From positions 11,752 to 75,751 of the forward strand of contig JAZSFK010000028.1 of assembly GCA_045532175.1 (NCBI GenBank): a stretch of 64,000 bases of DNA, read 5' to 3'. The notes beneath the pieces were generated by a model. It searched no databases, was not told where the DNA came from, and was given only the letters and a program-made list of their open reading frames with translations. Of the stretch, positions 9,217 to 17,915 are shown in pieces; position 1 is the stretch's first letter, and every line of letters starts with the position of its first letter. Origin of the DNA: Candidatus Fimenecus sp. (GTDB taxonomy: Bacteria > Bacillota > Clostridia > Oscillospirales > Acutalibacteraceae). Made by a program: the position numbers and the translations under genes.

Positions 9217-10188
9217 ATGTGTACTTCAATTTCGTTATTAACGAAAAATCATTATTTCGGCAGAAACCTTGATATGGACTTTTCCTACGGTGAAAAGATG
9301 ATTATAACACCGAGAAAGTATTTATTAAAATTTCGCATGTCGGATAGTTTAGAAAATCATTTTGCCATAATGGGAATGGGTATTGTAGCTGACAATTATC
9401 CTCTTTATTATGATGCAACAAACGAAAAGGGTCTGTCTATGGCGGGGCTTAATTTCCCCACAAGTGCTGTGTATTATGATGAAGTAAAGGATAAAAACAA
9501 TATAGGTGCATTTGAACTGATTCCGTGGATTTTAAGCCAATGTTCAACCGTTGACGAGGCAAGGGATTTGCTTATGAATACGAATGTTGTGGATATTGAT
9601 TTTAATGACAAATATAAAAATACGCCACTTCATTGGATGATAAGTGACAGGGATTATTCAATTACCCTTGAATGTGTGCAGGACGGAATGAAAATATATT
9701 ATAATCCTGTTCACGTGCTTACGAATAATCCTGAATTTCCAATGCAGGTTTTCAATTTGAACAATTACACAAATATTACTCGTGAAGAACCTGAAACATG
9801 CTTCGCAGAAGGCTTTGACTTAAATAAATACAGTAGGGGAATGGGGGCTTTGGGCCTTCCGGGTGATTTGTCTTCAATGTCACGTTTTGTACGTGTAGCA
9901 TTTACAAGACTTAATTCTGTTTGTGGTGAAAGCGAAAGCGAGAGTATAAGCCAGTTCTTTCATATTCTTGATTCTGTGTCCCAGACACAAGGTTGTGTAA
10001 GAGTAGGGGATAGCTTTGAAAAAACAGTATATTCCTCTTGCTGTAATACCGATAAAGGTATTTACTATTACAGAACTTATAACAACAGTCAAATTTCCGC
10101 AGTTACTTTAAACAATGAAAATCTTGACAAGAATGAGTTAATCACTTATAATCTTATCAACGAACAACAAATCAAATATCAAAACTGA
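9217..10188 (+). CDS. Choloylglycine hydrolase family Ntn-hydrolase (bile salt hydrolase / penicillin V acylase type)
   Basis: The ATG at 9217 gives MCTSISL.., with Cys2 as the Ntn nucleophile. The family-typical N-terminus is CTSISLLTKNHYFGRNLD. The 34-nt gap from the MFS gene suggests one operon. Confidence 0.8.
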   Translation: MCTSISLLTKNHYFGRNLDMDFSYGEKMIITPRKYLLKFRMSDSLENHFAIMGMGIVADNYPLYYDATNEKGLSMAGLNFPTSAVYYDEVKDKNNIGAFELIPWILSQCSTVDEARDLLMNTNVVDIDFNDKYKNTPLHWMISDRDYSITLECVQDGMKIYYNPVHVLTNNPEFPMQVFNLNNYTNITREEPETCFAEGFDLNKYSRGMGALGLPGDLSSMSRFVRVAFTRLNSVCGESESESISQFFHILDSVSQTQGCVRVGDSFEKTVYSSCCNTDKGIYYYRTYNNSQISAVTLNNENLDKNELITYNLINEQQIKYQN

Positions 10189-10222
10189 ATTATTAACTGC
10201 CACCGGGTAGTGAGATGCAAAG

Positions 10223-10279
10223 CATCCGTTGATATGTCGTTAGGTCTTTGAAGACATATCAGACGGATGTTATTTTTTT
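10223..10279 (+). terminator. Strong intrinsic terminator / possible attenuator immediately upstream of the pnuC RBS
   Basis: CATCCGTTGATATGTC ... GACATATCA(G)ACGGATG stem with one bulge, then TTATTTTTTT. The pnuC RBS GAGGTGA starts right after it. Confidence 0.7.
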
Positions 10280-10289
10280 GAGGTGAGTT

Positions 10290-10979
10290 ATGAAAAGATT
10301 ACTGAATTATTTTTCAAAATTTGAAATAGGATTATGGTTATCGTCCATATTGATAATTGTTGGTACTTTTGTGATTTTTGAAGAAAAAGACTATCTTTCT
10401 CTTATTGCCTCATTAATTGGCGCAACCTTTTTGATTCTTAATGCAAAAGGCAATCCCTTAGGACAGTTTCTCACCATAGTATTCAGTTTTATATACGGAG
10501 TTATTTCCTATCGGTTTGCGTATTATGGTGAGATGATTACATATCTTTGTATGTCGATGCCGATTGCCTTTATAGCCTTGATTTCGTGGATAAAAAATCC
10601 TTATAAGGGTAAAAAGTCAGAGGTAAAGGTTAATCGTATTTCCAAAAAAGAAATCGTTCTTATGTGGTGTATTACAATTGCGGTAACAATAGTTTTCTAT
10701 TTTATATTAAAACACCTCAATACTTCAAATCTAATTCCAAGTACACTTTCTGTTACGACAAGCTTTCTTGCCTCATATCTCACTTTCCGTCGAAGTCCGT
10801 ATTTTGCATTGGCTTATGCTATGAATGATATTGTGCTTATTGTTTTGTGGGTTTTGGCTTCTATTACCGATATAGCCTATTTATCAGTTGTAATATGTTT
10901 CATTGTGTTCTTTGTCAATGATATGTATGGGTTTGTCAACTGGAAGAGAATGGAGAAAAAACAGAAAGAAAATATGTAA
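10290..10979 (+). CDS. pnuC: Nicotinamide riboside transporter PnuC
   Basis: 229 aa, 7-8 TM segments, with PnuC-like blocks (..ILNAKGNPLGQ.., ..WIKNPYKG.., ..NDIVLIVLW..FFVNDMYGFVNW). Confidence 0.8.
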   Translation: MKRLLNYFSKFEIGLWLSSILIIVGTFVIFEEKDYLSLIASLIGATFLILNAKGNPLGQFLTIVFSFIYGVISYRFAYYGEMITYLCMSMPIAFIALISWIKNPYKGKKSEVKVNRISKKEIVLMWCITIAVTIVFYFILKHLNTSNLIPSTLSVTTSFLASYLTFRRSPYFALAYAMNDIVLIVLWVLASITDIAYLSVVICFIVFFVNDMYGFVNWKRMEKKQKENM

Positions 10980-10983
10980 CATA

Positions 10984-11019
10984 AAAGACCGATGTTTAAA
11001 TAAAACATCGGCCTTTTTG
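10984..11019. terminator. Terminator between convergent pnuC and lipoprotein genes
   Basis: CCGATGTTT / AAACATCGG stem flanked by an A-run and TTTTT. Confidence 0.65.
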
Positions 11020-11020
11020 T

Positions 11021-11302
11021 TTAGTTGGTAATGTCTCTTATTCCGTTTCCTAAACCTTCTGCAACATCTGATGCTGCTTCGCCTGCACCACCAACAATAT
11101 CTGATGCAGCTTCACCCATATCTGACGCTGCTTCACTCATATTGTCTTTAAGAGTGCTTCCCTCATTGTTATTAGTTGCTTTTTCCGTGGAATTTGCCGT
11201 ATTGTTTTCTGTGATTTTACCATCGTCGGCATTGCCACAACCGGTCAGAAACAGACAGGTAAGGATAGTCACAACAAGAGTAATTATAATAGCTTTTTTC
11301 AT
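11021..11302 (-). CDS. Small lipoprotein with EAASD repeats
   Basis: Strong RBS AAGGAGG. Lipobox LFLTGC. The C-terminal part is SEAASDMGEAASDIVGGAGEAASDVAEG. Confidence 0.65.
   Translation of the reverse strand: MKKAIIITLVVTILTCLFLTGCGNADDGKITENNTANSTEKATNNNEGSTLKDNMSEAASDMGEAASDIVGGAGEAASDVAEGLGNGIRDITN
11066..11134 (-). repeat. Three copies of a 15-nt unit (ATCTGAYGCWGCTTC on the + strand) encoding EAASD
   Basis: Copies at 11066-11080, 11099-11113 and 11120-11134. Confidence 0.8.
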
Positions 11303-11360
11303 AATGTTTACCTCCTTAAAAATATGTGTTTATATTATTTCACATTATTTGTATAATATT

Positions 11361-12710
11361 CTATTTTGTCAATACTCCATCATCGCTATAAAGCAAAACT
11401 AAAATATTATCCTCTTCGCCTGTATAACAATCAATATAGATTAATAATTCTTTTCCGTCCTGAGTTTTGCAGTGGACTTCATAACAAAAATCTTCGGTTT
11501 GCCATTCGGTGGGGATGACACATAACTGTACGTCTATAATGTCAAGCTGGCTGTTGATTTTGGTGACAGCCTGTTCTCTTGTTAAAACAGGAGACAGGAT
11601 GCTTCTTTCGGTGTGGTTTGTAATATATCCTGTTGCGTCAAAAGACAGTACCTCTCCGCTTTCAAGACTGACACTTACCTTAATTAAATCAGGATATAAT
11701 ACAATGTCATTTTTTGTTGAGGCAAAGTTTATTGTACATATACCATCTTCTGTGAAAAAGTAACTTTCCTTCATATTCTCATACCCGATTTTATCAAGGA
11801 ATTCCCTTGCCTTTTCAACTACATCCTCAGGCTCTAACTGAATTTCTCCAACAAAAGTTGAATTGAGCATATAGCAGGGTTTTCCGCCATTTTTTGTTAT
11901 GGCAATTGTGCAGTTATCACTTTGTAAAACATAGCAGGGGATTGTGCCTTCTTCCATATGTGAAAAGTAAATACTGTCCTTTTCTTTCTCGCATATTCTT
12001 TCTGCAATTGCTTTCGCCTCATCCTGAGAAATACTGCTCAATCCATCTGTATACTTTGCTTTTCCGTCAACTAAATGGTCAGAAAAGGGTCCGTCATAAA
12101 TAAGGGACGGCATATCAGTTAAGGATTGTTCGGTATCGTCAAAACCTTGTGAAAATGTCTTTGTATTTGCAATTGCATCAGTAGAGATGGTGGATTTTAC
12201 TTCTTCAAATGAAAATGAGCCATTTTGCATATCGTAGCACATATTGTTGATTTCTTCATTCAGGGCTTTGCAATAATTATATAGTTCCGAAAGCTGATTT
12301 CTTTCTTCGTCAGTCAGCACTTCGCCTTGAACACTTTTTCTTTCTAAGGACATAACAAATTCGCCAACCTGTGACAGAAATTTATAGGTGTTACTGATTG
12401 CCTGTGCATCGGTTGGCAGTAAGGCTAAACTGTTTTTTGCGCCTGAGGCTTCACGCCATAATTCTGTTGAAAGCTTTGATAACATGGATGGTGTGCTGAC
12501 ATAAATTGTTTTTTCGAGATTTGTGGATATATTGCTTAAATTCTCATCAAGTGCAACTAAAGCCATCTGCTTTGTAGCAATTGCTTCCATCTTGTACTTA
12601 TTAGCCTTAACCGTCTGAGTTATACTGACTATACCAAGCACTATGATAACGGCGGATAGGTATAGAATTATTCGTGCTTTTTTTCGGGTAGAAAAGGGCT
12701 TTTTTTCCAT
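11361..12710 (-). CDS. ypeB: Germination protein YpeB (PepSY-domain membrane protein)
   Basis: Start set at ATG 12710 (RBS AAGGAAGGA), giving MEKKPFSTRKKARIILYLSAVIIVLGIV (TM). YpeB-like blocks include LSTELWREASGAKNSLALLP and YKFLSQVGEF. C-terminal PepSY-like repeats are present. Confidence 0.75.
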   Translation of the reverse strand: MEKKPFSTRKKARIILYLSAVIIVLGIVSITQTVKANKYKMEAIATKQMALVALDENLSNISTNLEKTIYVSTPSMLSKLSTELWREASGAKNSLALLPTDAQAISNTYKFLSQVGEFVMSLERKSVQGEVLTDEERNQLSELYNYCKALNEEINNMCYDMQNGSFSFEEVKSTISTDAIANTKTFSQGFDDTEQSLTDMPSLIYDGPFSDHLVDGKAKYTDGLSSISQDEAKAIAERICEKEKDSIYFSHMEEGTIPCYVLQSDNCTIAITKNGGKPCYMLNSTFVGEIQLEPEDVVEKAREFLDKIGYENMKESYFFTEDGICTINFASTKNDIVLYPDLIKVSVSLESGEVLSFDATGYITNHTERSILSPVLTREQAVTKINSQLDIIDVQLCVIPTEWQTEDFCYEVHCKTQDGKELLIYIDCYTGEEDNILVLLYSDDGVLTK

Positions 12711-12840
12711 GTTTTTTCCTTCCTTTAATTGTTTGGAAATATTGTTTACAAAAAATTCAAAAATATACTGAAAAAATATGCAAATTATGTTTGCCAAATA
12801 ATCGATTATGTAGTATAATTATTGTGATTAAATATGAAGA

Positions 12841-13983
12841 ATGGGGGAAGAGTTAGTGGGCGTTTATCTCGATAACAGTGCAACAACAAAACCGTGCGAA
12901 AAAGCAGTAAAAAAAGCACTTGAAATGATGAACGAAAACTTTGGAAATCCCTCATCACTTCACCTCTGTGGCTATAAAGCGAAAAAAGAGCTTGACAGCG
13001 CAAGACATACCATTTCTGCATTCTTAGGCTGTGATGATAACGAAATATATTTTACACCAAGCGGAACTGTTGCAAATCATACTGCGATTCTGGGCACTGC
13101 TCAGGCAAGACGTCGTGAGGGTAAGAAAGTCATAACAACATTACTTGAACATCCAAGCGTCCTGAAACATTATGAAAACCTTGCTGAACAAGGCTATGAT
13201 GTTGTATACTTAAAACCCGATAGTAATGGTAAAATCAGCCTTAATGAACTTTCAAATGTTGTTGACGAAAATACAGTTTTAGTAAGTATAATGGCAGTTA
13301 ATAATGAGGTTGGTTCTATCCAGGAAATCTCAAAAATTAAGGGTATCATCAAAGAGAAAAAATCAAAGGCATATTTTCATTGTGATGCTGTTCAGGCATT
13401 TGGAAAAATTCTATTGAGACCCAAAAAGATGGGAATTGACCTTATGAGTATGAGTGCTCATAAAATTCACGGTATTAAAGGTGCAGGTGCTTTGTTTGTG
13501 AACAACAGCATTCGCATTTTGCCAAGTATTGTTGGTGGCGGTCAGGAAAATGGACTTGTTTCGGGAACTGAGGCAATGCCTGCAATTTGTGCCTTTGCTG
13601 AAGCTGTAAATGATATAGGCAATGTTCAAAAAAATCTGGATTATGTTGCATCTGTTAAGAATTATTTTGTGAGTAAAATAGCTGATGTTGAAAAAGTTCA
13701 GATAAACTCACCAAGTGATGCCTTGCCTTATATCATCAACATTTCTGTCGAGGGTGTACCGTCACAGGTAATGCTTAATTCTCTTTCCTCAATGGGCATT
13801 TATGTTTCGGCAGGTTCAGCCTGTGCAAAGGGACATAGAAGCGAGGTTTTAACTGCTATGGGAGTTTCACCAAAGGGAATTGATAGCGCAATTCGTATCA
13901 GTTTGTCAAAAACTACCACGGAAAATGATATGGATTTGTTGTATAATGGAATAGTTGACACTGTAAAACGTATTAGGAGATAA
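12841..13983 (+). CDS. Cysteine desulfurase (class V aminotransferase, NifS/NifZ-like partner of ThiI)
   Basis: Motifs YLDNSATT, a PLP-lysine block SMSAHKIHG, and the catalytic Cys loop SAGSACAKG. The start could instead be GTG 12856. It sits 2 nt upstream of thiI. Confidence 0.85.
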   Translation: MGEELVGVYLDNSATTKPCEKAVKKALEMMNENFGNPSSLHLCGYKAKKELDSARHTISAFLGCDDNEIYFTPSGTVANHTAILGTAQARRREGKKVITTLLEHPSVLKHYENLAEQGYDVVYLKPDSNGKISLNELSNVVDENTVLVSIMAVNNEVGSIQEISKIKGIIKEKKSKAYFHCDAVQAFGKILLRPKKMGIDLMSMSAHKIHGIKGAGALFVNNSIRILPSIVGGGQENGLVSGTEAMPAICAFAEAVNDIGNVQKNLDYVASVKNYFVSKIADVEKVQINSPSDALPYIINISVEGVPSQVMLNSLSSMGIYVSAGSACAKGHRSEVLTAMGVSPKGIDSAIRISLSKTTTENDMDLLYNGIVDTVKRIRR

Positions 13984-13985
13984 CA

Positions 13986-15158
13986 ATGAAGGAAATCATA
14001 CTAATTAAGAATGGTGAGCTGGCACTTAAGGGCTTGAACCGTTCAACATTTGAAGATATTTTGATAAAGAATATTCGTAAAAGAATTAAACCTCTTGGCG
14101 AATTTGAATATAGAAAAGAACAATCCACAGTTTCTGTTGTCCCAATGGATGATTATATTGATATGGATGAGGTCAGCGACAGAATCAGTCGTGTTTTCGG
14201 TATTGCTGCTTATTCAAGAGCATTGCAAGTCGAAAAGGATATGGCGGTCATTTTAGAAAACGCACCCGAATACCTTGCAGAACAATTAAGAGAAGCAAGA
14301 ACTTTTAAGGTTGAGGGTAAACGTTCAGATAAAAAGTTTCCGTTAAAATCTCCTGAAATATCTGCAGAGGTTGGTGGAGCAATTCTAAGTAGATTTCCAC
14401 ACCTTAAGGTTGATGTTAAAAACCCTGATATTCTTGTTACGATTGAAATCAGAGAAAAATTTGCTTTCATCCGTGGTAATCAGACTAAAGGCGCAGGTGG
14501 TATGCCAACGGGCACGGCAGGAAAAGCTGCAATTCTTATTTCGGGCGGTATTGACAGTCCTGTTGCTGCATATATGATGGCAAAACGCGGTCTTGTGCTT
14601 AATGCGATTCACTTTGCTTCTCCACCATATACATCTCCGCAATCTGAAGAAAAAGTACACAATCTTCTTCGCAAGGTTTCAAAATATAGCGGGAATATCT
14701 GTTTACATACAGTTGGTTTTACTGAAATTCAGGAAGAAATCAGAGATAAATGTCCTGAAGAATTATTTACTCTTATTATGCGTCGCTTTATGATGAGAAT
14801 ATCACAGCGAATTGCCGAAAAAGAGGATTGCAAAGCACTTATAACCGGTGAAAGTCTTGGACAGGTTGCAAGTCAGACATTGAATGCTCTTGCTTGTACT
14901 GACGCAGTTTGTGAAATGCCTGTTTTCAGACCTTTAATCGGTCTTGACAAGGATGAAATTATTAAGGTATCAAAAAAAATTGACACCTTTGATATTTCAA
15001 TTGAGCCGTATGAGGATTGTTGTACTGTGTTTACACCAAAACACCCGAAAACAAAACCACAAATTTCTATCATTGAGACCGCCGAACAAGCTCTTGATGT
15101 TGAAGGCTTAATCGACAGGGCTTTGCAGGGTGTAACAATAAATAATATCTGTTTTTAG
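13986..15158 (+). CDS. thiI: tRNA uracil 4-sulfurtransferase ThiI
   Basis: N-terminal ferredoxin-like/THUMP region (IKNGELALKGLNR) and PP-loop SGGIDSPVAAY. 390 aa. Confidence 0.9.
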   Translation: MKEIILIKNGELALKGLNRSTFEDILIKNIRKRIKPLGEFEYRKEQSTVSVVPMDDYIDMDEVSDRISRVFGIAAYSRALQVEKDMAVILENAPEYLAEQLREARTFKVEGKRSDKKFPLKSPEISAEVGGAILSRFPHLKVDVKNPDILVTIEIREKFAFIRGNQTKGAGGMPTGTAGKAAILISGGIDSPVAAYMMAKRGLVLNAIHFASPPYTSPQSEEKVHNLLRKVSKYSGNICLHTVGFTEIQEEIRDKCPEELFTLIMRRFMMRISQRIAEKEDCKALITGESLGQVASQTLNALACTDAVCEMPVFRPLIGLDKDEIIKVSKKIDTFDISIEPYEDCCTVFTPKHPKTKPQISIIETAEQALDVEGLIDRALQGVTINNICF

Positions 15159-15167
15159 GAGCGAAAA

Positions 15168-15656
15168 ATGGCACTTGAAGAAAAGGTTGTTGAATTATTA
15201 AAAGAAAAAAATCTTGTGTTTGCTTGTGCCGAATCCTGTACAGGTGGTTTGATTGCCAAAAGAATCACTGATATCAGTGGCTCATCCGCAGTGTTTAATT
15301 GTGGTGTTGTAAGTTACAGTAATGAAATTAAAGAAAAGGTTTTAGGAGTTCAGCACGAAACACTTATGCAGTATGGTGCAGTCAGTGAACAAACAGTCCG
15401 TGAAATGGTGAGCGGTATTTTAAAAATCTCTAAAGCAGATGTTGCCGTTGCTGTTTCAGGTATTGCAGGACCAAGGTCTGATAATACGGAAAAACCTGTG
15501 GGGCTTATTTACATAGCAGTTTCCGACGGTAATAAAATCGTCATAAAGGAATTAAAAAACGAATTTACAGATGATGTGAGAAATAATAATCGAAAAAGTG
15601 CTGCCGACGAGTCCTTTAAAATGATAATCTCTTTATTAGGAGAAGGTAATGAATAA
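15168..15656 (+). CDS. pncC: Nicotinamide-nucleotide amidohydrolase PncC (stand-alone CinA C-terminal domain)
   Basis: 162 aa. Motifs ACAESCTGGLIA, GGVVSYSNEIK, SGIAGP. Confidence 0.85.
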   Translation: MALEEKVVELLKEKNLVFACAESCTGGLIAKRITDISGSSAVFNCGVVSYSNEIKEKVLGVQHETLMQYGAVSEQTVREMVSGILKISKADVAVAVSGIAGPRSDNTEKPVGLIYIAVSDGNKIVIKELKNEFTDDVRNNNRKSAADESFKMIISLLGEGNE

Positions 15657-16605
15657 TAAAACTAAAAAAATATTCATGGATATAATTCTTGTTGTTTGCA
15701 TTGTTTCATTTTTGCTTTCCGCAGTATTTTTGCTTGAATATTATCTCATTGTTCCCACCGGAGAAAAGAAAGTTTACGAGGAATTAAGGGTGGAGAATCT
15801 CGAGCTTGAAGAACTTATTGAAGCGGAAACACCTATAAGTCAGTTGAAGCCTGATTATTCCGAAGCTTTGAAAATAAATGACGAAACGGTTGGATGGGTA
15901 AGGATTTCCGGAACAGAAATTGACTATCCTGTTGTTCAACACCCTGATGATGCAAATCTTGATGCAGACAATTATTACTACCTTAATCATAATTTTGAAA
16001 GAAAACGTTCCGTGGGTGGTGCTGTTTTCCTCGATTACAGAAATGATTCTGTAAATCTTGATACAAATACTGTTTTGTGGGGACACAATGTGTACCATAA
16101 GCAGAATAAAGAACCCATTTTTTCTGATTTGGTGAATTATGAAAATATAGAATTTTACAAAAAACATCCCATCATTGAGTTCAATACACTTGAAAACTAT
16201 TATCAATGGAAAATATGTGCGGTATTTGTTACCAATCAGGAGTCAAAGGACGATAACGGATATGTTTTCAATTTCTTTTATCCATTTCTTGACGGAGAAA
16301 ACTTTAACGGATATGTTGATGAAATAAATAAACGCACATTGTATAATACAGGTGTTGATATTGTTGATGGTGATAAGTTTATAACCCTTGTAACCTGCTA
16401 TAGAGGTCTTGACTTGCCGGATTACAGAGCACCATCTTACATTGTTGTAGTTGCAAGGCAGGTAAGAGAAAATGAGGATATAAATGTAGGTGTGTCAAAT
16501 GCTACATTGAATAATAATCCCAAGTATCCGCAACTTTATTATGATAAATATGGTTTAACTAACCCATATATAGATGATGAAAAATGGTATCCAACGGAGG
16601 TGTAG
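15649..16605 (+). CDS. srtB: Class B sortase (paralog 1)
   Basis: N-terminal TM. SrtB-like blocks are INDETVGWVRISGTEIDYPVVQ, LWGHNV (His), ITLVTC (Cys) and VVVARQV (Arg). The start overlaps the pncC stop by 8 nt. Confidence 0.8.
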   Translation: MNNKTKKIFMDIILVVCIVSFLLSAVFLLEYYLIVPTGEKKVYEELRVENLELEELIEAETPISQLKPDYSEALKINDETVGWVRISGTEIDYPVVQHPDDANLDADNYYYLNHNFERKRSVGGAVFLDYRNDSVNLDTNTVLWGHNVYHKQNKEPIFSDLVNYENIEFYKKHPIIEFNTLENYYQWKICAVFVTNQESKDDNGYVFNFFYPFLDGENFNGYVDEINKRTLYNTGVDIVDGDKFITLVTCYRGLDLPDYRAPSYIVVVARQVRENEDINVGVSNATLNNNPKYPQLYYDKYGLTNPYIDDEKWYPTEV

Positions 16606-16611
16606 TTACAA

Positions 16612-17877
16612 TTGAATAATGAAAATAAAAAAAATGATGCACTTTCTTTTGAGGATTTAAAGAAACAATTGGGAATGGAACTATCACAAAAGGAAGAAAA
16701 AATATCTGAAAATACAGAAGTAAAAGACGATAAAACGGATGACGCAGTTAAAATATCTGAAGAAAAAAAGGAACCTATTACTGTTACAGAAAATGGTCAG
16801 ACCTTTTTGGACATTACATCACAATTTGTAACTGAAGAGGATGAACAACCTGAAAAAGGTGAAAAGAAAAAGCCAAAACAAAAGGTTGTTCAAAAAAAGA
16901 GAGTTCGTACTTTTAATGAAATTTTCTCAGATTTCTTCAAAGGATTTGTTCCTCTTAAAAAAGACAGTGCAAAGGAGAAAATGCGAAAAGTTGTTATGGA
17001 TATCTCCATAATAGCCATTGTTGCTTGTCTTGTTGCTTTTGCAAAGTATTTTGTTGAGTATCGTCAACAGATTTCGCTTCAAAACGATTTAAGGGGTCAA
17101 ATAATCAATTCTGACAATATGAGTGAAGACCAGTATCAACAGGCATGGAACGACTTGTATGCACAGTTTCCACAGATTCAGTTTCCTGCTGGAATGAAAC
17201 CGGACTACGCCTATCTTTATGCAACAAATAATGATTTTGTTGGCTGGTTAAGAATTGCAAACACAAATCTTGATGTTCAGGTTGTACAGAGTAAAGATAA
17301 TGACTATTACCTTTACAGAGATTTCTATAAAAAATCAAGCAGATATGGTACTCCTTATATGGATTACAGAAACAATAGTAAGGAACTTGACGATAATACG
17401 GTTATATATGGTCATCACATGAATGACGGTCTTATGTTTGGTAATCTAGATAAATATAAGACACTTGAAGGTTATAAGGATTCGCCTACTATTCAGTATA
17501 GTACACTTTATGCGGATTATCAGTTTAAGGTATTTGCAGTTATGATCACAACTGCAAATACAGCAGACAACGGCGGATTTAACTATATGGCATCTAATTT
17601 TTCATCAGATGAAAAATTTATGAATTATGTAAATGAACTAAAGTTGAGAAGTATTATCAATACAGATGTTAATGTAAATGCGGATGATAAGCTTATAACA
17701 CTCATAACATGTTCACATGATTTTGATGATGCAAGACTTGTTGTTGTTGGCAGAATGGTCCGCGAAGGTGAGGATGCTTCAGTTAATGTAAGCAATTCAG
17801 CACTTAATCCTGAGCCCAAATATCCACAGGCTTGGTATGATAAAAAGGGTAAGGAAAATCCATTTGCGAATGTATAA
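16612..17877 (+). CDS. srtB: Class B sortase (paralog 2) with a roughly 130-aa charged N-terminal extension
   Basis: TTG start. The Lys/Glu-rich N-terminus is followed by a TM (VVMDISIIAIVACLVAFAKYFV). Catalytic blocks are NNDFVGWLRIANTNLDVQVVQ, IYGHHM, ITLITC and LVVVGRMV. Confidence 0.8.
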   Translation: MNNENKKNDALSFEDLKKQLGMELSQKEEKISENTEVKDDKTDDAVKISEEKKEPITVTENGQTFLDITSQFVTEEDEQPEKGEKKKPKQKVVQKKRVRTFNEIFSDFFKGFVPLKKDSAKEKMRKVVMDISIIAIVACLVAFAKYFVEYRQQISLQNDLRGQIINSDNMSEDQYQQAWNDLYAQFPQIQFPAGMKPDYAYLYATNNDFVGWLRIANTNLDVQVVQSKDNDYYLYRDFYKKSSRYGTPYMDYRNNSKELDDNTVIYGHHMNDGLMFGNLDKYKTLEGYKDSPTIQYSTLYADYQFKVFAVMITTANTADNGGFNYMASNFSSDEKFMNYVNELKLRSIINTDVNVNADDKLITLITCSHDFDDARLVVVGRMVREGEDASVNVSNSALNPEPKYPQAWYDKKGKENPFANV

Positions 17878-17915
17878 TTATTAAAGATAAACAGGGAAGA
17901 GAGAGGTAATTAAAA

